64,000 nucleotides of DNA from Macrostomum lignano (GCA_002269645.1 NIVC01003733.1:1-64000); one strand, 5' to 3'. Shown: positions 25,061 to 39,800, counted from the first letter of the stretch. Program-made: numbers and translations. The notes: generated from the letters alone by a model not told the origin.

Positions 25061-25079
25061 AGTGTCTCTGAGAGACGTG

Positions 25080-26672
25080 GTGAGAGGTAGGGAGAGAGAT
25101 AGGGGGAGACGTAGGGGGAGAGAGAGATAGGGGGAGAGATAGGGTAAAAGATAGTGGGAGAGATAAGAGAGATAGGGGGAGAGATAGGGGGAGAGATAGG
25201 GGGAGAGATAGGGGGAGAGATAGGGGAGAGATAGGGGGAGAGATAGGGGGAGAGATAGGGGGAGAGATAGGGGAGAGATAGGGGAGAGAGATAGGGGGAG
25301 AGATAGGGGGAGAGATAGGGGAGAGATAGGGGAGAGATAGGGGGAGAGATAAGGGGAGAGATAGGGGAGAGATAGGGGGAGAGATAGGGGAGAGATAGGG
25401 GGAGAGATAGGGGGAGAGATAGGGGGAGAGATAGGGGGAGAGATAGGGTAAGAGATAGGGGGAGAGATAGGGGAGAGAGAGAGATAGGGGGAGAGATAGG
25501 GGAGAGAGAGAGATAGGGGGAGAGATAGGGGGAGAGATAGGGGGAGAGATAGGGGGAGAGATAGGGGAGAGATAGGGGGAGAGATAGGGGGAGAGATAGG
25601 GGGAGAGATAGGGGGAGAGATAGGGGGAGAGATAGGGGGAGAGATAGGGAGGCAGAGAAATCATTAGAGAAAGAGTTCAGTTTGACTTGCACACGAGCAC
25701 AGAACAGATTCAGCACTGCAAAATAATATTGTGTAACACGAGCGGAACCCGCACGAGACTCATGACTTCATATGCATGCATACTGTGTGATTCCAGCAGC
25801 GCAAGTCTCCCTGGCTGTCTCAGTCTATCACGGGGCTGAGGCTGGCCCGAAAGCAATTCTAATTCGATAGAACGACTCTCGGAATCATGATTGATGAGAC
25901 CTGCCCGAGGCATAGCGGTCCTATGTAAGGATAATATTACCAAACTATTATTATTACCGTCTGGTGTGCTCTGGCATATGCCTCGATAGAGCCATTCTCT
26001 ATACATTCAGTTCGAATTCTTGCCGCAGTTCATTGTCCTGCATCTGGGATCCAAGTTGCCAGGAACTTAGGAGATTTATCCCACTTGAAAACGATGGGGT
26101 GAGGCATGAGAGACACGGGAGGTTGAAAGATGATGGGAGAGAGATGATGGGAGAGAGATGATGGGAGAGAGATGATGGGAGGGAGATGATGGGAGGGAGA
26201 TGATGGGAGAGAGATGATGGGAGGGAGATGATGGGAGGGAGATGATGGGAGAGAGATGATGGGAGGGAGATGATGGGAGAGAGATGATGGGAGGGAGATG
26301 ATGGGAGGGAGATGATGGGAGGGAGGTGATGGGAGAGAGATGATGGGAGGGAGATGATGGGAGGAAGATGATGGGAGGGAGATGATGGGAGGGAGATGAT
26401 GGAGAGAGATGATGGGAGAGAGATGATGGGAGGGAGATGATGGGAGGGAGATGATGGGAGGGAGATGATGGGAGGGAGATGATGGGAGGGAGATGATGGG
26501 AGGGAGATAATGGGAGGGAGATGATAGGAGAGAGATGATGGGAGGGAGATGATGGGAGGGAGATGATGGGAGGGATATGATGGGAGGGAGATGATGGGAG
26601 GGAGATAATGGGAGGGAGATGATAGGAGAGAGATGATGGGAGAGAGATGATGGGAGAGAGATGATGGGAGGG
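25080..26672. repeat. G/A-rich arrays: (GGGGGAGAGATA)n at 25080-25650 and (GGGAGGGAGATGAT)n at 26105-26672
   Basis: Direct tandem periodicity. Confidence 0.93.
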
Positions 26673-27254
26673 AAGGAGGAGAATTCTTTGCCTATTTGAG
26701 CTCATTTCGCTCTGCATGAATCTGGATTTAAATTCTAGTCTCAAATTTCCGAGTTGGAACTGCTTGGGAATTTTATCCCACTCAGATAGCAGACAGTTCC
26801 CTGTTCTATCAAACAATTTTCTGCTCATTGGCACTATTCACAGCCCCTATTATGCGGTGACATGGGCAGGTTTTTCGGGGATTCAGGATCCCATTGGGGG
26901 AAGAGAATTTACATGAGTTGCCTCTTTTTTCTGGGCTCTGCTCAGTTGACTCCGGCTTTTTCTTGAAACGAGCTGAAAGCAGCTTCAGAACTGCCTTTGA
27001 AAGCAGCTGAAAGCTAACTTGTCTGCTCTCTTCTTCTTTGCCGAGGCAGTTCAATTTGTATGCAAATGTCAGCTTCTGCGGTCGGGTTTGCTGACTGAAC
27101 TCGACTGAAAAAATACGTTAACTTTATTGAATTTAAAAAAAATTGTGGTAAAACTGAGCATCCAAAAAAATTGGATTCTGTGCACGCAGCAAACTACTGT
27201 ATAGTAGGAATAGCGATTTATGCAATAGGAAATGTTTTTGGTCTTCGGCGATGA

Positions 27255-29618
27255 GTAGAGGAGAGAGGAGAGATGAGACGTAGAGGGAGAGTGAGAGGGA
27301 GAGAAAGAAAGGAGGGGAGAGAGGAGAGGGAGGAGAGGAGAGGGAGAGATAAGAGGGAAATAGGAGGAGTAGAGGGAGAGAGGAGAGCAGATAGAGAAGT
27401 TGAGTAATGGATGAGGAGAGGAGAGGGAGAGAGGGAGGGAGAGAGGAGAGGGAGAGAGGAGAGGGAGAGAGGAGAGGGAGAGAGAGGAGGGAGAGAGAGG
27501 AGAGGGAGAGAGGAGAGAGGGAGAGAGGAGAGGGAGAGAGGAGAGGGAGAGAGGAGAGGGAGAGAGGAGAGGGAGAGAGAGGAGAGGGAGAGAGAGGAGA
27601 GGGAGAGAGGAGAGGGAGAGAGGGGAGGGAGAGAGGAGAGGGAGAGAGAGGAGAGGGAGAGAGGAGATGGAGGGATGAGAGGAGAGGAAGAAAGGAGGGA
27701 GAGAGAGGAGAGGGAGAGAGAGGAGAGGGAGAGAGGAGAGGGAGAGAGGAGAGGGAGAGAGGAGAGGGAGAGAGGAGAGGGAGAGAGGAGAGGAAGAGAG
27801 GAGAGAGAGAGAGAGAGGAGAGGGAGAGAGGAGAGAGAGAGAGGAGAGGGAAGGAGGAGAGGGAGAGAGAGGAGAGGGAGAGAGGAGAGGGAGAGAGGAG
27901 AGGGAGAGAGAGAAGAGGGAGAGAGGAGAGCAGATAGAGAAGCTGACTAATGGATGAGGAGAGGAGAGGGAGAGAGGAGAGGGAGAGAGAGGAGAGGGAG
28001 AGAGAGGAGAGGGAGAGAGAGGAGAGGGAGAGAGAGGAGAGGGAGAGAGGAGAGGGAGAGAGGAGAGGGAGAGAGAGGAGAGGGAGAGAGAGGAGAGGGA
28101 GAGAGAGGAGAGGGAGAGAGGAGAGGGAGAGAGGAGAGGGAGAGAGGAGAGGGAGAGAGGAGAGGGAGAGAGGAGAGGGAGAGAGAGGAGAGGGAGAGAG
28201 GAGAGGGAGAGAGAGGAGAGGGAGAGAGAGGAGAGGGAGAGAGAGGAGAGGGAGAGAGAGGAGAGGGAGAGAGAGGAGAGGGAGAGAGAGGAGAGGGAGA
28301 GAGGAGAGGGAGAGAGGAGAGGGAGAGAGGAGAGGGAGAGAGAGGAGAGGAGAGAGAGAGGAGAGGAGAGAGGAGAGGGAGAGAGAGGAGAGGGAGAGAG
28401 AGGAGAGGAGAGAGAGGAGAGGGAGAGAGGAGAGGGAGAGAGAGGAGAGGGAGAGAGAGGAGAGGAGAGAGAGGAGAGGGAGAGAGGAGAGGGAGAGAGG
28501 AGAGGGAGAGGAGAGGAGAGAGAGAGGGAGAGAGGAGAGGGAGAGAGAGGAGAGGGAGAGAGGAGAGGGAGAGAGAGGAGAGGGAGAGAGAGGAGAGGGA
28601 GAGAGAGGAGAGGGAGAGAGAGGAGAGGGAGAGAGAGGAGAGGGAGAGAGAGGAGAGGGAGAGAGGAGAGGGAGAGAGAGAAGAGGGAGAGAGGAGAGCA
28701 GATAGAGAAGTTGACTAATGGATGCGGAGAGGAGAGGGAGAGAGGAGAGGGAGAGAGGAGAGGGAGAGAGAGGAGAGGGAGAGAGGAGAGGGAGAGAGAG
28801 GAGAGGGAGAGAGGAGAGGGAGAGAGAGGAGAGGGAGAGAGGAGAGGGAGAGAGAGGAGAGGGAGAGAGGAGAGGGAGAGAGGAGAGGGAGAGAGAGGAG
28901 AGGGAGAGAGAGGAGAGGAGAGAGAGGAGAGGGAGAGAGGAGAGGGAGAGAGGAGAGGGAGAGAGGAGAGGGAGAGAGGAGAGGGAGAGAGGAGAGGGAG
29001 AGAGAGGAGAGGGAGAGAGGAGAGGGAGAGAGAGGAGAGGGAGAGAGAGGAGAGGGAGAGAGAGGAGAGGGAGAGAGAGGAGAGGGAGAGAGAGGAGAGG
29101 AGAGAGAGAGAGGGAGAGAGAGGAGAGGGAGAGAGGAGAGGGAGAGAGGAGAGGGAGAGAGGAGAGGGAGAGAGAGGAGAGGGAGAGAGAGGAGAGGGAG
29201 AGGAGGAGAGGAGAGAGGAGAGGGAGAGAGAGAGGGAGAGAGGAGAGGGAGAGAGAGGAGAGGGAGAGAGAGGAGAGGGAGAGAGAGGAGAGGGAGAGAG
29301 GAGAGGGAAGGAGGAGAGGGAGAGAGAGGAGAGGGAGAGAGGAGAGGGAGAGAGGAGAGGGAGAGAGAGAAGAGGGAGAGAGGAGAGCAGATAGAGAAGC
29401 TGACTAATGGATGAGGAGAGGAGAGGGAGAGAGAGGAGAGGGAGAGAGAGGAGAGGGAGAGAGAGGAGAGGGAGAGAGGAGAGGGAGAGAGGAGAGGGAG
29501 AGAGGAGAGGGAGAGAGGAGAGGGAGAGAGAGGAGAGGGAGAGAGGAGAGGAGAGAGAGGAGAGGGAGAGAGGAGAGGGAGAGAGGAGAGCAGATAGAGA
29601 AGCTGACTAATGGATGAG
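27255..29618. repeat. Polypurine (GAGAGGAGAGG-type) array punctuated by five conserved ~30-bp anchors
   Basis: Anchor gagcagatagagaagctgactaatggatg at about 27386, 27928, 28696, 29385 and 29588. Confidence 0.92.
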
Positions 29619-30264
29619 GGAAAGCAGAAGTGGACAAAGTGAATCTAGGGCAGAGGAATGGGGAGACTCAGCACAGATATCTGTAACATTTGAACACGAG
29701 TTGCGCATGCCAACGGGGCCCATGAAGCGCGAGACAGCCGCCATCTGGCGGTCTCTTGGATTAGAGCCGGAGCCATCCTCCCTACTTCTAGACAGTAGTA
29801 CTGCCCGGAGCAGTAGGCATTAGAATAATCCCCTCTACAATCCTTGATAATCCTAAACTGCTCCAGCCAAGGCGGTACAGCGAGTGATTGATGCGGTGGG
29901 GCTTGAACTGGAGCCTGAGCCCCGGACTCAACATAATTGCTGGCGGGGCTTCATCAAATCTTCGGAACCGCCCTCGCATGTTCCCGGCTTGCAGCCCGGC
30001 CGGCTCGTTAAGGCCACTCTGGAAAATCTGCTTTTGCTGCTACTGCTGCGGAGTCCTGCAACGCTGTTAAATTCTCTGTCGCCCAGAAGAGAAAAAATGT
30101 TCTCTAGAAATTCTCCTCCTCCTAGAAGCGACAGACTCTTCGCGAGATTATTCAAATTAACCAATCAGATTTCGGAGGATTGAGGATGACTTGGTAAGCC
30201 GTGAGGCAGGAGGCACTCTCTGGATTGATTTTTATCTCTGAGGTTCTCAGTTGGAAATCTAAAG

Positions 30265-31045
30265 ATTCACTCTAGGAAATCTCTAGATTCACTCTAGGAA
30301 ATCTCTAGATTCACTCTAGGAAATCTCTAGATTCACTCTAGGAAATCTCTAGATTCACTTTAGGAAATCTCTAGATTCAATCTAGGAAATCTCTTGATCC
30401 ACTTTAGGATATCTCTAGATTCGCTCTATGAAATCCCAAGATCCACTCTAGGAAATCTCTAGATTCAATCTAGGAAATCTCTAAATCCACTCTAGGAAAT
30501 CTCTAGATTCGCTCTATGAAATCCCAAGATCCACTCTAGGAAATCTCTAGATTCAATCTAGGAAATCTCTAAATCCACTCTAGGAAATCTCTAGATCCAT
30601 TCTAAGAAATCTCTACATATAGATTCACTCTAGATAATCTCTAGATTCGCTCTAAGAAATCTCTAGATTCATTCTAGGAAATCTCTAGATCCATTTTAGG
30701 AAATCTCTAGATCCATTCTAGGAAATATCTACATATAGATCCATTCTAGGAAATATCTACATATAGATCCATTCTAGGAAATCTCTAAATTCACCCTAGG
30801 AAATTTCTAGATCCATTCTAGGAAATCTCTACATATAGATTCACAGTAGGAAATCTCTAGATTCGCTCTCTAAAAAATCTCTAGATCCATTCTAGGAAAT
30901 CTCTAAATCCATTCTGTGAAATCTCTAGATCCACTCTAGGAAGTTTCTAGATATAGTTTAGGAAATCTCTACATCCATTCTTGTAAATCTCAAGATCCAC
31001 TCTAGGAAATCTCTAGATCCACTCCAGGAAATCTCTAGATCCGCA
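30265..31045. repeat. 22-bp degenerate minisatellite (AGGAAATCTCTAGATTCACTCT)
   Basis: Direct tandem periodicity. Confidence 0.92.
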
Positions 31046-31122
31046 AAAATCTTACATGACTCTTCCAAATCTTAGAAATTATGTAAGATGTAGGTCCCTA
31101 TTATCTAGTAATAAATCTAGGT

Positions 31123-31723
31123 TTATATATTAATATATGGCTCGTATTCTATATAAGAGCAGACCATAGAGCCATGATCATCTCTGTGCACATAAAATAG
31201 CTTGTCTGGACAAGCGGGCTCCCGAAGGGATTCAAATCCAATTGTCATGAAGCAGGCAGGATTCACTGCCCAGCAACTAAATCGGATTAGGCCTGTGGCT
31301 GTGGCGGTGTCTATCTGGGGGGGGATTAAGCTAGAAGGCGGTGCGTGAGCAGTCGGACTCAAACTGGATTCCCGAGTTCGAGCTGAAATCCAGGAAAAAA
31401 AATTATAGCATGAAACAGCTCCTCAGACATGTGCTTGTTAGCGTTTGGGTTACCGCCTCCAGAGTAAAATGTAAGTAAGAATCTACATGCACATGAGAAA
31501 CAGAATCCAATGTGAATAAATAAGCTGGGCACGGCTCGGATTCTTTGTGGTCGATCGATGCTCTGAGGGGGGCAGCTGCCGCTCAGACCGACAGGCTCAC
31601 CGGTGCGTGCATTAATAATTGTGCGCCCCACCGACATCTTGGTGAGGGAGATCTGATCAGAGTTTGAGCTACACTTGAGGGATTTGTCCTCAAGGCTGAC
31701 TAGTTGAGAGCATAGGTTTGATG

Positions 31724-31808
<85 letters not shown>

Positions 31809-31900
31809 CTCTGACAGACAGACAGACAGACAGACAGACACTCTGACAGACAGACAGACAGACACTCTGACAGGCAGACAGACAGACAGACAGACACTCT

Positions 31901-31938
<38 letters not shown>

Positions 31939-31939
31939 A

Positions 31940-31984
<45 letters not shown>

Positions 31985-32355
31985 GCCCGAGCTCACCTGA
32001 GCTTCCGACTGCAAGTCACCAATGGTTTGTGAAGCCACCAGCCGAGACGCGGCCCCAGATTGAGGCTGCGGAGCCGCCGACATCCCTCGCTAGATAATGA
32101 CTGGATTATCTAGGGAGATTATTGAGGAGGCTTAACAATACGCCAATTCGGCAAAGTGCCAAAATGCTTTGAATGATTGCTTCTAAAAAGAGACGTCTGA
32201 ATCTCGCCTGGAGGTTTTGACCAGTGCGGCAACCCCAGCTGCCTACTATAATATCCTGCTCAGCTGCCCCACCCGTCATCCGGTCTCACCGCGCCCAGCC
32301 TCTCCGCGTCAGTCGGTCTTAGCCAACAGACTGTCCTGTTCTCCTCTACTGACAT
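31123..32355 (-). CDS. Candidate small spliced orphan gene; join of 32355-32290, 32089-31997, 31699-31601, 31314-31123 (149 aa)
   Basis: Four stop-free segments, all in phase 0, with donors GTGAGA, GTGAGC, GTGAGC and acceptors ttatctag, caactag, cccccccag. No recognisable domain. Confidence 0.35.
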
Positions 32356-33110
32356 CCTTGAGCTGTTATTGGACCATAGAAGAGTGCGAGAAGGGGAGGA
32401 GAGAGGGAGTGGCAGACAGAATTCCGGACGCACTAATTCCCCCCCCCCCAACGCTGAGACGGATTTTAGGGTTGCCGGAGAAGTGCTTCACTGATGCATA
32501 TTTTTGGTCTGGCAGGGAGTCTTGTTGTCTGCGTCTGTCTGGCTGTCTGTGCGGTCTGTCTCCTTCCTGTCCTTCATCTCCGTGTAGCCTGAATTGCGCG
32601 TTAAGTGTTCTTCAACCTCTGTGGGTGCCAATGGTTTCGGCATTCAAGAGCGCCGTGGAGAAGCTTGGCTGAGCAAACCAATAAAATGGGAAAACTTCTG
32701 GCGTCTAGGGATTATGGAAAGGGATTTTAGATTGTCTTCTTTAGAGCTCGTCTGTTTGAGGTCTGTTTTTTCTCACTTTCTTAGTGTCTGTTTTAATGTC
32801 TGTCTAAGTGTCAATTTCCTCAGTGTCTGTCTGAGTGTCTGTCTGAGTGTCTGTCTGAGTATCTGTCTGAGTGTCTGTCTGAGTGTCTGTCTGAGTGTCT
32901 GTCTGTCTGTCTGTCTGAGTGTCTGTCTGAGTATCTGTCTGAGTGTCTGTCTGAGTGTCTGTCTGAGTGTCTGTCTGAGTGTCTGTCTGTCTGTCTGTCT
33001 GAGTGTCTGTCTGAGTGTCTGTCTGAGTGTCTGTCTGAGTGTCTGTCTGAGTGTCTGTCCGAGTGTCTGTCTGAGTGTCTGATTGTCTGTCTGAGTGTCT
33101 GTCTGAGTGT
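31722..33110. repeat. (CAGA)n at 31722-31985 and (CTGAGTGTCTGT)n at 32780-33110
   Basis: Simple repeats. Confidence 0.9.
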
Positions 33111-33859
33111 CTTTCAGCCTGTCCGCCACATGACCCAGTGCAGCTGGGTGATCATCTCCCCAGCCGCAGATGAAGCTTCGGTGCCTGCTAAAAAATACAT
33201 GCTCAGCTTGAATATTTAAAATTTTGTTCCTCAGCAGCAGCTGTCGGACTAAGTAAAGCAGCAAATGGCTCTTTTGCTTCCAGGAGAGAAGAAATGACAC
33301 AAGGAGTCGGAGCCGACAGGGCTGCATCTTGAGGAGATTGGTTTGCTCAGAGAATTCCTCGCTCTAGTTGCCTCCGAAGCTGCCACTCAGCCGTCCCTCT
33401 TGGCCGCGCGGCTTTTCCAAGAAACCTCTCTTGTGTCCGGGCAAAGTTCAATAATTAACTTCCCCTTGGCAACTCCTCCTGCCGAGGACTAAGGTTCTAG
33501 AATAGATTTGCTTTCTACCACTGCCGGCCCTCCCGCCTCCTTCATCCAACAGGCACCCATCTCCCATCTCAGCCACTCTGTCTCGCGTGGCCAATTTCCT
33601 TGCGGCTTCTAAAATGGCTGACTAGGGGGCAGTCGGGGAGTGAAAGACTGGGAAAGTAATTTGCCCGACTGACTTTGTTTCGACCGGATCTGTCGCTAGA
33701 GACTGTGGCTGCGTCTTTTGGGTTTTATTTTTCTAGAAGATTTCTGAATTTTATGGTTTCGATTAGACTTTTCCATTTGAAGAGTAGACATGCTCGTAGA
33801 TGATGGGAGATGAGAGATGAGGATATCAATGAATGATAGCTAATGTTAGACGATTGGTG

Positions 33860-36800
33860 AATGATTATAGGTGATGGCAGATGATGGTAGATGATAGTAG
33901 ATGATGGTAGATGATAGTAGATGATGGTAGATGATGGTAGATGATGGTAGAAGATGGTAGATGATGGTAGATGATAGTAGATGATAGTAGATGATGGTAG
34001 ATGATGGTAGATGATAGTAGATGATAGTAGATGATGGTAGATGATGATAGATGATGGTAGATGATGGTAGATGATAGTAGATGATGGTAGATGATGGTAG
34101 ATGATGGTAAATGATAGTAGATGATGGTAGATGATAGTAGATGATGGTAGATGATGGTAGATGATAGTAGATGATAGTAGATAATGGTAGATGATAGTAG
34201 ATGATAGTAGATGATGGTAGATGATGGTAGATGATGGTAGATGATGGTAGATGATGGTAGATGATGGTAGATGATAGTAGATGATGGTAGATGATAGTAG
34301 ATGATGGTAGATGATAGTAGATGATAGTAGATGATGGTAGATGATGGTAGATGATGGTAGATGATGGTAGATGATGGTAGATGATGGTAGATGATAGTAG
34401 ATGATGGTAGATGATAGTAGATGATAGTAGATGATAGTAGATGATGGTAGATGATGGTAGATGATGGTAGATGATTGTAGATGATGGTAGATGATGGTAG
34501 ATGATGGTACATGATAGTAGATGATGGTAGATGATAGTAGATGATAGTAGATGATAGTAGATGATGGTAGATGATGGTAGATGATGGTAGATGATGGTAG
34601 ATGATGGTAGATGATGGTAGATGATGGAAGATGATGGTAGATGATAGTAGATGATGGTAGATGATGGTAGATGATGGTAGATGACGGTAGATGATGGTAG
34701 ATGATGGTAGATGATGGTAGATGATGGTAGATGATAGTAGTTGATAGTAGATGATGGTAGATGATAGTAGATGATGGTAGATGATAGTAAATGATAGTAG
34801 ATGATGGTAGATGATAGTAGATGATGGTAGATGATGGTAGATGATGGTAGATGATGGTAGATGATGGTAGATGATGGTAGATGATGGAAGATGATGGTAG
34901 AGGATAGTAGATGATGGTAGATGATGGTAGATGATGGTAGATGATGGTAGATGACGGTAGATGGTGGTAGATGATGGTAGATGATGGTAGATGATGGTAG
35001 ATGATAGTAGATGATGGTAGATGATAGTAGATGATGGTAGATGATGGTAGATGATGCTAGATGATGCTAGATGATGCTAGATGATGGTAGATGATAGTAG
35101 ATGATGGTAGATGATGGTAGATGATGATAGATGATGGTAGATGATGGTAGATGATAGTAGATGATGGTAGATGATGGTAGATGATAGTAGTTGATAGTAG
35201 ATGATAGTAGATGATGGTAGATGATGGTAGATGATGGTAGATGATGGTAGATGATGATAGATGATAGTAGATGATGGTAGATGATGGTAGATGATGGTAG
35301 ATGATGGTAGATGATGGTAGATGATAGTAGATGACGGTAGATGATGGTAGATGATGGTAGATGATAGTAGATGATGGTAGATGATGGTAGATGATGGTAG
35401 ATGATGATAGATGATGATAGATGATGGTAGATGATGGTAGATGATGGTAGATGATAGTAGATGATGGTAGATGATGGTAGATGATGGTAGATGATGATAG
35501 ATGATGATAGATGATGGTAGATGATGGTAGATGATGGTAGATGATGGAAGATGATGGTAGATGATAGTAGATGATGGTAGATGATGGTAGATGATGGTAG
35601 ATGATGGTAGATGATGGTAGATGATGGTAGATGATGGTAGATGATGGTAGATGATGGTAGATGATGCTAGATGATGGTAGATGATAGTAGATGATGGTAG
35701 ATGATGGTAGATGATGGCAGATGATGGTAGATGATGGTAGATGATAGTAGATGATGGTAGATGATGGTAGATGATGGCAGATGATGGTAGATGATGGTAG
35801 ATGATAGTAGATGATGGTAGATGATAGTAGATGATAGTAGATGATGGTAGATGATGGTAGATGATGATAGATGATGATAGATGATGGTAGATGATGGTAG
35901 ATGATGGTAGATGATAGTAGATGATGGTAGATGATGGTAGATGATGGTAGATGATGATAGATGATGATAGATGATGGTAGATGATGGTAGATGATGGTAG
36001 ATGATGGAAGATGATGGTAGATGATAGTAGATGATGGTAGATGATGGTAGATGATGGTAGATGATGGTAGATGACGGTAGATGATGGTAGATGATGGTAG
36101 ATGATGGTAGATGATGGTAGATGATGGTAGATGATGGTAGATGATGGTAGATGATGGTAGATGATGGTAGATGATAGTAGATGATGGTAGATGATGGTAG
36201 ATGATGGTAGATGATGGTAGATGATAGTAGATGATGGTAGATGATGGTAGATGATGGTAGATGATAGTAGATGATGGTAGATGATAGTAGATGATAGTAG
36301 ATAATGGTAGATGATAGTAGATTATAGTAGATGATGGTAGATGATGGTAGATGATGGTAGATGATAGTAGATGATGGTAGATGATAGTAGATGATGGTAG
36401 ATGATAGTAGATGATGGTAGATGATGGTAGATGATGGTAGATGATGGTAGATGATGGTAGATGATGGTAGATGATAGTAGATGATGGTAGATGATAGTAG
36501 ATGATAGTAGATAATGGTAGATGATAGTAGATGATAGTAGATGATGGTAGATGATGGTAGATGATGGTAGATGATGGTAGATGATGGTAGATGATAGTAG
36601 ATGATGGTAGATGATAGTAGATGATAGTAGATGATGGTAGATGATGGTAGATGATGGTAGATGATAGTAGATGATGGTAGATGATAGTAGATGATGGTAG
36701 ATGATGGTAGATGATGGTAGATGATGGTAGATGATGGTAGATGATGGTAGATGATGGTAGATGATGGTAGATGATGGTAGATGATGGTAGATGATGGTAG

Positions 36801-39800
36801 ATGATGGTAGATGATGGTAGATGATAGTAGATGATGGTAGATGATAGTAGATGATGGTAGATGATAGTAGATGATGATAGATGATGGTAGATGATGGTAG
36901 ATGATGATAGATGATGATAGATGATGGTAGATGATGGTAGATGATGGTGGATGATGGTAGATGATAGTAGATGATGGTAGATGATGGTAGATGATAGTAG
37001 ATGATAGTAGATGATGGTAGATGATGGTAGATGATGCTAGATGATGGTAGATGATAGTAGATGATGGTAGATGATGGTAGATGATGGCAGATGATGGTAG
37101 ATGATGGTAGATGATAGTAGATGATGGTAGATGATGGTAGATGATAGTAGTTGATAGTAGATGATAGTAGATGATGGTAGATGATGGTAGATGATGGTAG
37201 ATGATGGTAGATGATGATAGATGATAGTAGATGATGGTAGATGATGGTAGATGATGGTAGATGATGGTAGATGATGGTAGATGATAGTAGATGACGGTAG
37301 ATGATAGTAGATGATGGTAGATGATGGTAGATGATGGTAGATGATGGTAGATGATGGTAGATGATGGTAGATGATGGTAGATGATGATAGATGATGATAG
37401 ATGATGGTAGATGATGGTAGATGATGGTAGATGATAGTAGATGATGGTAGATGATGGTAGATGATGGTAGATGATGATAGATGATGATAGATGATAGTAG
37501 ATGATGGTAGATGATAGTAGATGATGGTAGATGATGGTAGATGATGGTAGATGATGGTAGATGACGGTAGATGATGGTAGATGATGGTAGATGATAGTAG
37601 ATGACGGTAGATGATGGTAGATGATGGTAGATGATAGTAGATGATGGTAGATGATAGTAGATGATGGTAGATGATGGTAGATGATGGTAGATGATAGTAA
37701 ATGATGGTAGATGATAGTAGATGATAGTAGATGATAGTAGATGATGGTAGATGATGGTAGATGATGGTAGATGATGGTAGATGATGATAGATGATAGTAG
37801 ATGATGGTAGATGATGGTAGATGATGGTAGATGATGGTAGATGATGGTAGATGATAGTAGATGACGGTAGATGATGGTAGATGATGGTAGATGATAGTAG
37901 ATGATGGTAGATGATAGTAGATGATGGTAGATGATGATAGATGATGATAGATGATGGTAGATGATGGTAGATGATGATAGATGATGATAGATGATGGTAG
38001 ATGATGGTAGATGATGGTGGATGATGGTAGATGATGGTAGATGATGGTAGATGATGCTAGATGATGGTAGATGATAGTAGATGATGGTAGATGATGGTAG
38101 ATGATGGCAGATGATGGTAGATGATGGTAGATGATAGTAGATGATGGTAGATGATGGTAGATGATAGTAGTTGATAGTAGATGATAGTAGATGATGGTAG
38201 ATGATGGTAGATGATGGTAGATGATGGTAGATGATGGTAGATGATAGTAGATGATGGTAGATGATAGTAGATGATGGTAGATGATGGTAGATGATGGTAG
38301 ATGATAGTAGATGACGGTAGATGATGGTAGATGATGGTAGATGATAGTAGATGATGGTAGATGATGGTAGATGATGATAGATGATGATAGATGATAGTAG
38401 ATGATGGTAGATGATGGTAGATGATAGTAGATGATGGTAGATGATGGTAGATGATGGTAGATGATGATAGATGATGATAGATGATGGTAGATGATGGTAG
38501 ATGATGGTAGATGATGGAAGATGATGGTAGATGATAGTAGATGATGGTAGATGATGGTAGATGATGGTAGATGATGGTAGATGACGGTAGATGATGGTAG
38601 ATGATGGTAGATGATGGTAGATGATGGTAGATGATGGTAGATGATGGTAGATGATAGTAGATGATGGTAGATGATAGTAGATGATGGTAGATGATGGTAG
38701 ATGATGCTAGATGATGGTAGATGATAGTAGATGATGGTAGATGATGGTAGATGATGGCAGATGATGGTAGATGATGGTAGATGATAGTAGATGATGGTAG
38801 ATGATGGTAGATGATGGCAGATGATGGTAGATGATGGTAGATGATAGTAGATGATGGTAGATGATGGTAGATGATAGTAGATGATGGTAGATGATGGTAG
38901 ATGATGATAGATGATGATAGATGATGGTAGATGATGGTAGATGATGGTAGATGATAGTAGATGATGGTAGATGATGGTAGATGATGATAGATGATGATAG
39001 ATGATGATAGATGATGGTAGATGATGGTAGATGATGGTAGATGATGGTAGATGATGGTAGATGATGGTAGATGATGGTAGATGATGGTAGATGATGGTAG
39101 ATGATGGTAGATGATGGTAGATGATGGTAGATGATGGTAGATGATGGTAGATGATGGTAGATGATGGTAGATGATGGTAGATGATAGTAGATGATGGTAG
39201 ATGATAGTAGATGATGGTAGATGATGGTAGATGATAGTAGATGATGGTAGATGATGGTAGATGATGGCAGATGATGGTAGATGATGGTAGATGATAGTAG
39301 ATGATGGTAGATGATGGTAGATGATAGTAGATGATGGTAGATGATGGTAGATGATAGTAGATGATGGTAGATGATGGTAGATGATAGTAGATGATGGTAG
39401 ATGATGGTAGATGATAGTAGATGATGGTAGATGATAGTAGATGATAGTAGATGATGGTAGATGATAGTAGATGATAGTAGATGATGGTAGATGATAGTAG
39501 ATGATAGTAGATGATGGTAGATGATAGTAGATGATAGTAGATGATGGTAGATGATAGTAGATGATAGTAGATGATGGTAGATGATGGTAGATGATGGTAG
39601 ATGATGGTAGATGATGGTAGATGATGGTAGATGATGGTAGATGATGGTAGATGATGGTAGATGATGGTAGATGATGGTAGATGATGGTAGATGATGGTAG
39701 ATGATGGTAGATGATGGTAGATGATGGTAGATGATGGTAGATGATGGTAGATGATGTAGATGATGGTAGATGATGTAGATGATAGTAGATGATGGTAGAT

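Noticed and set aside
29614-30250. Unique segment with short ORFs on both strands and a plus-strand GTAAGC donor
   Set aside because: It could not be chained into a frame-consistent gene model, and no motif is recognisable.
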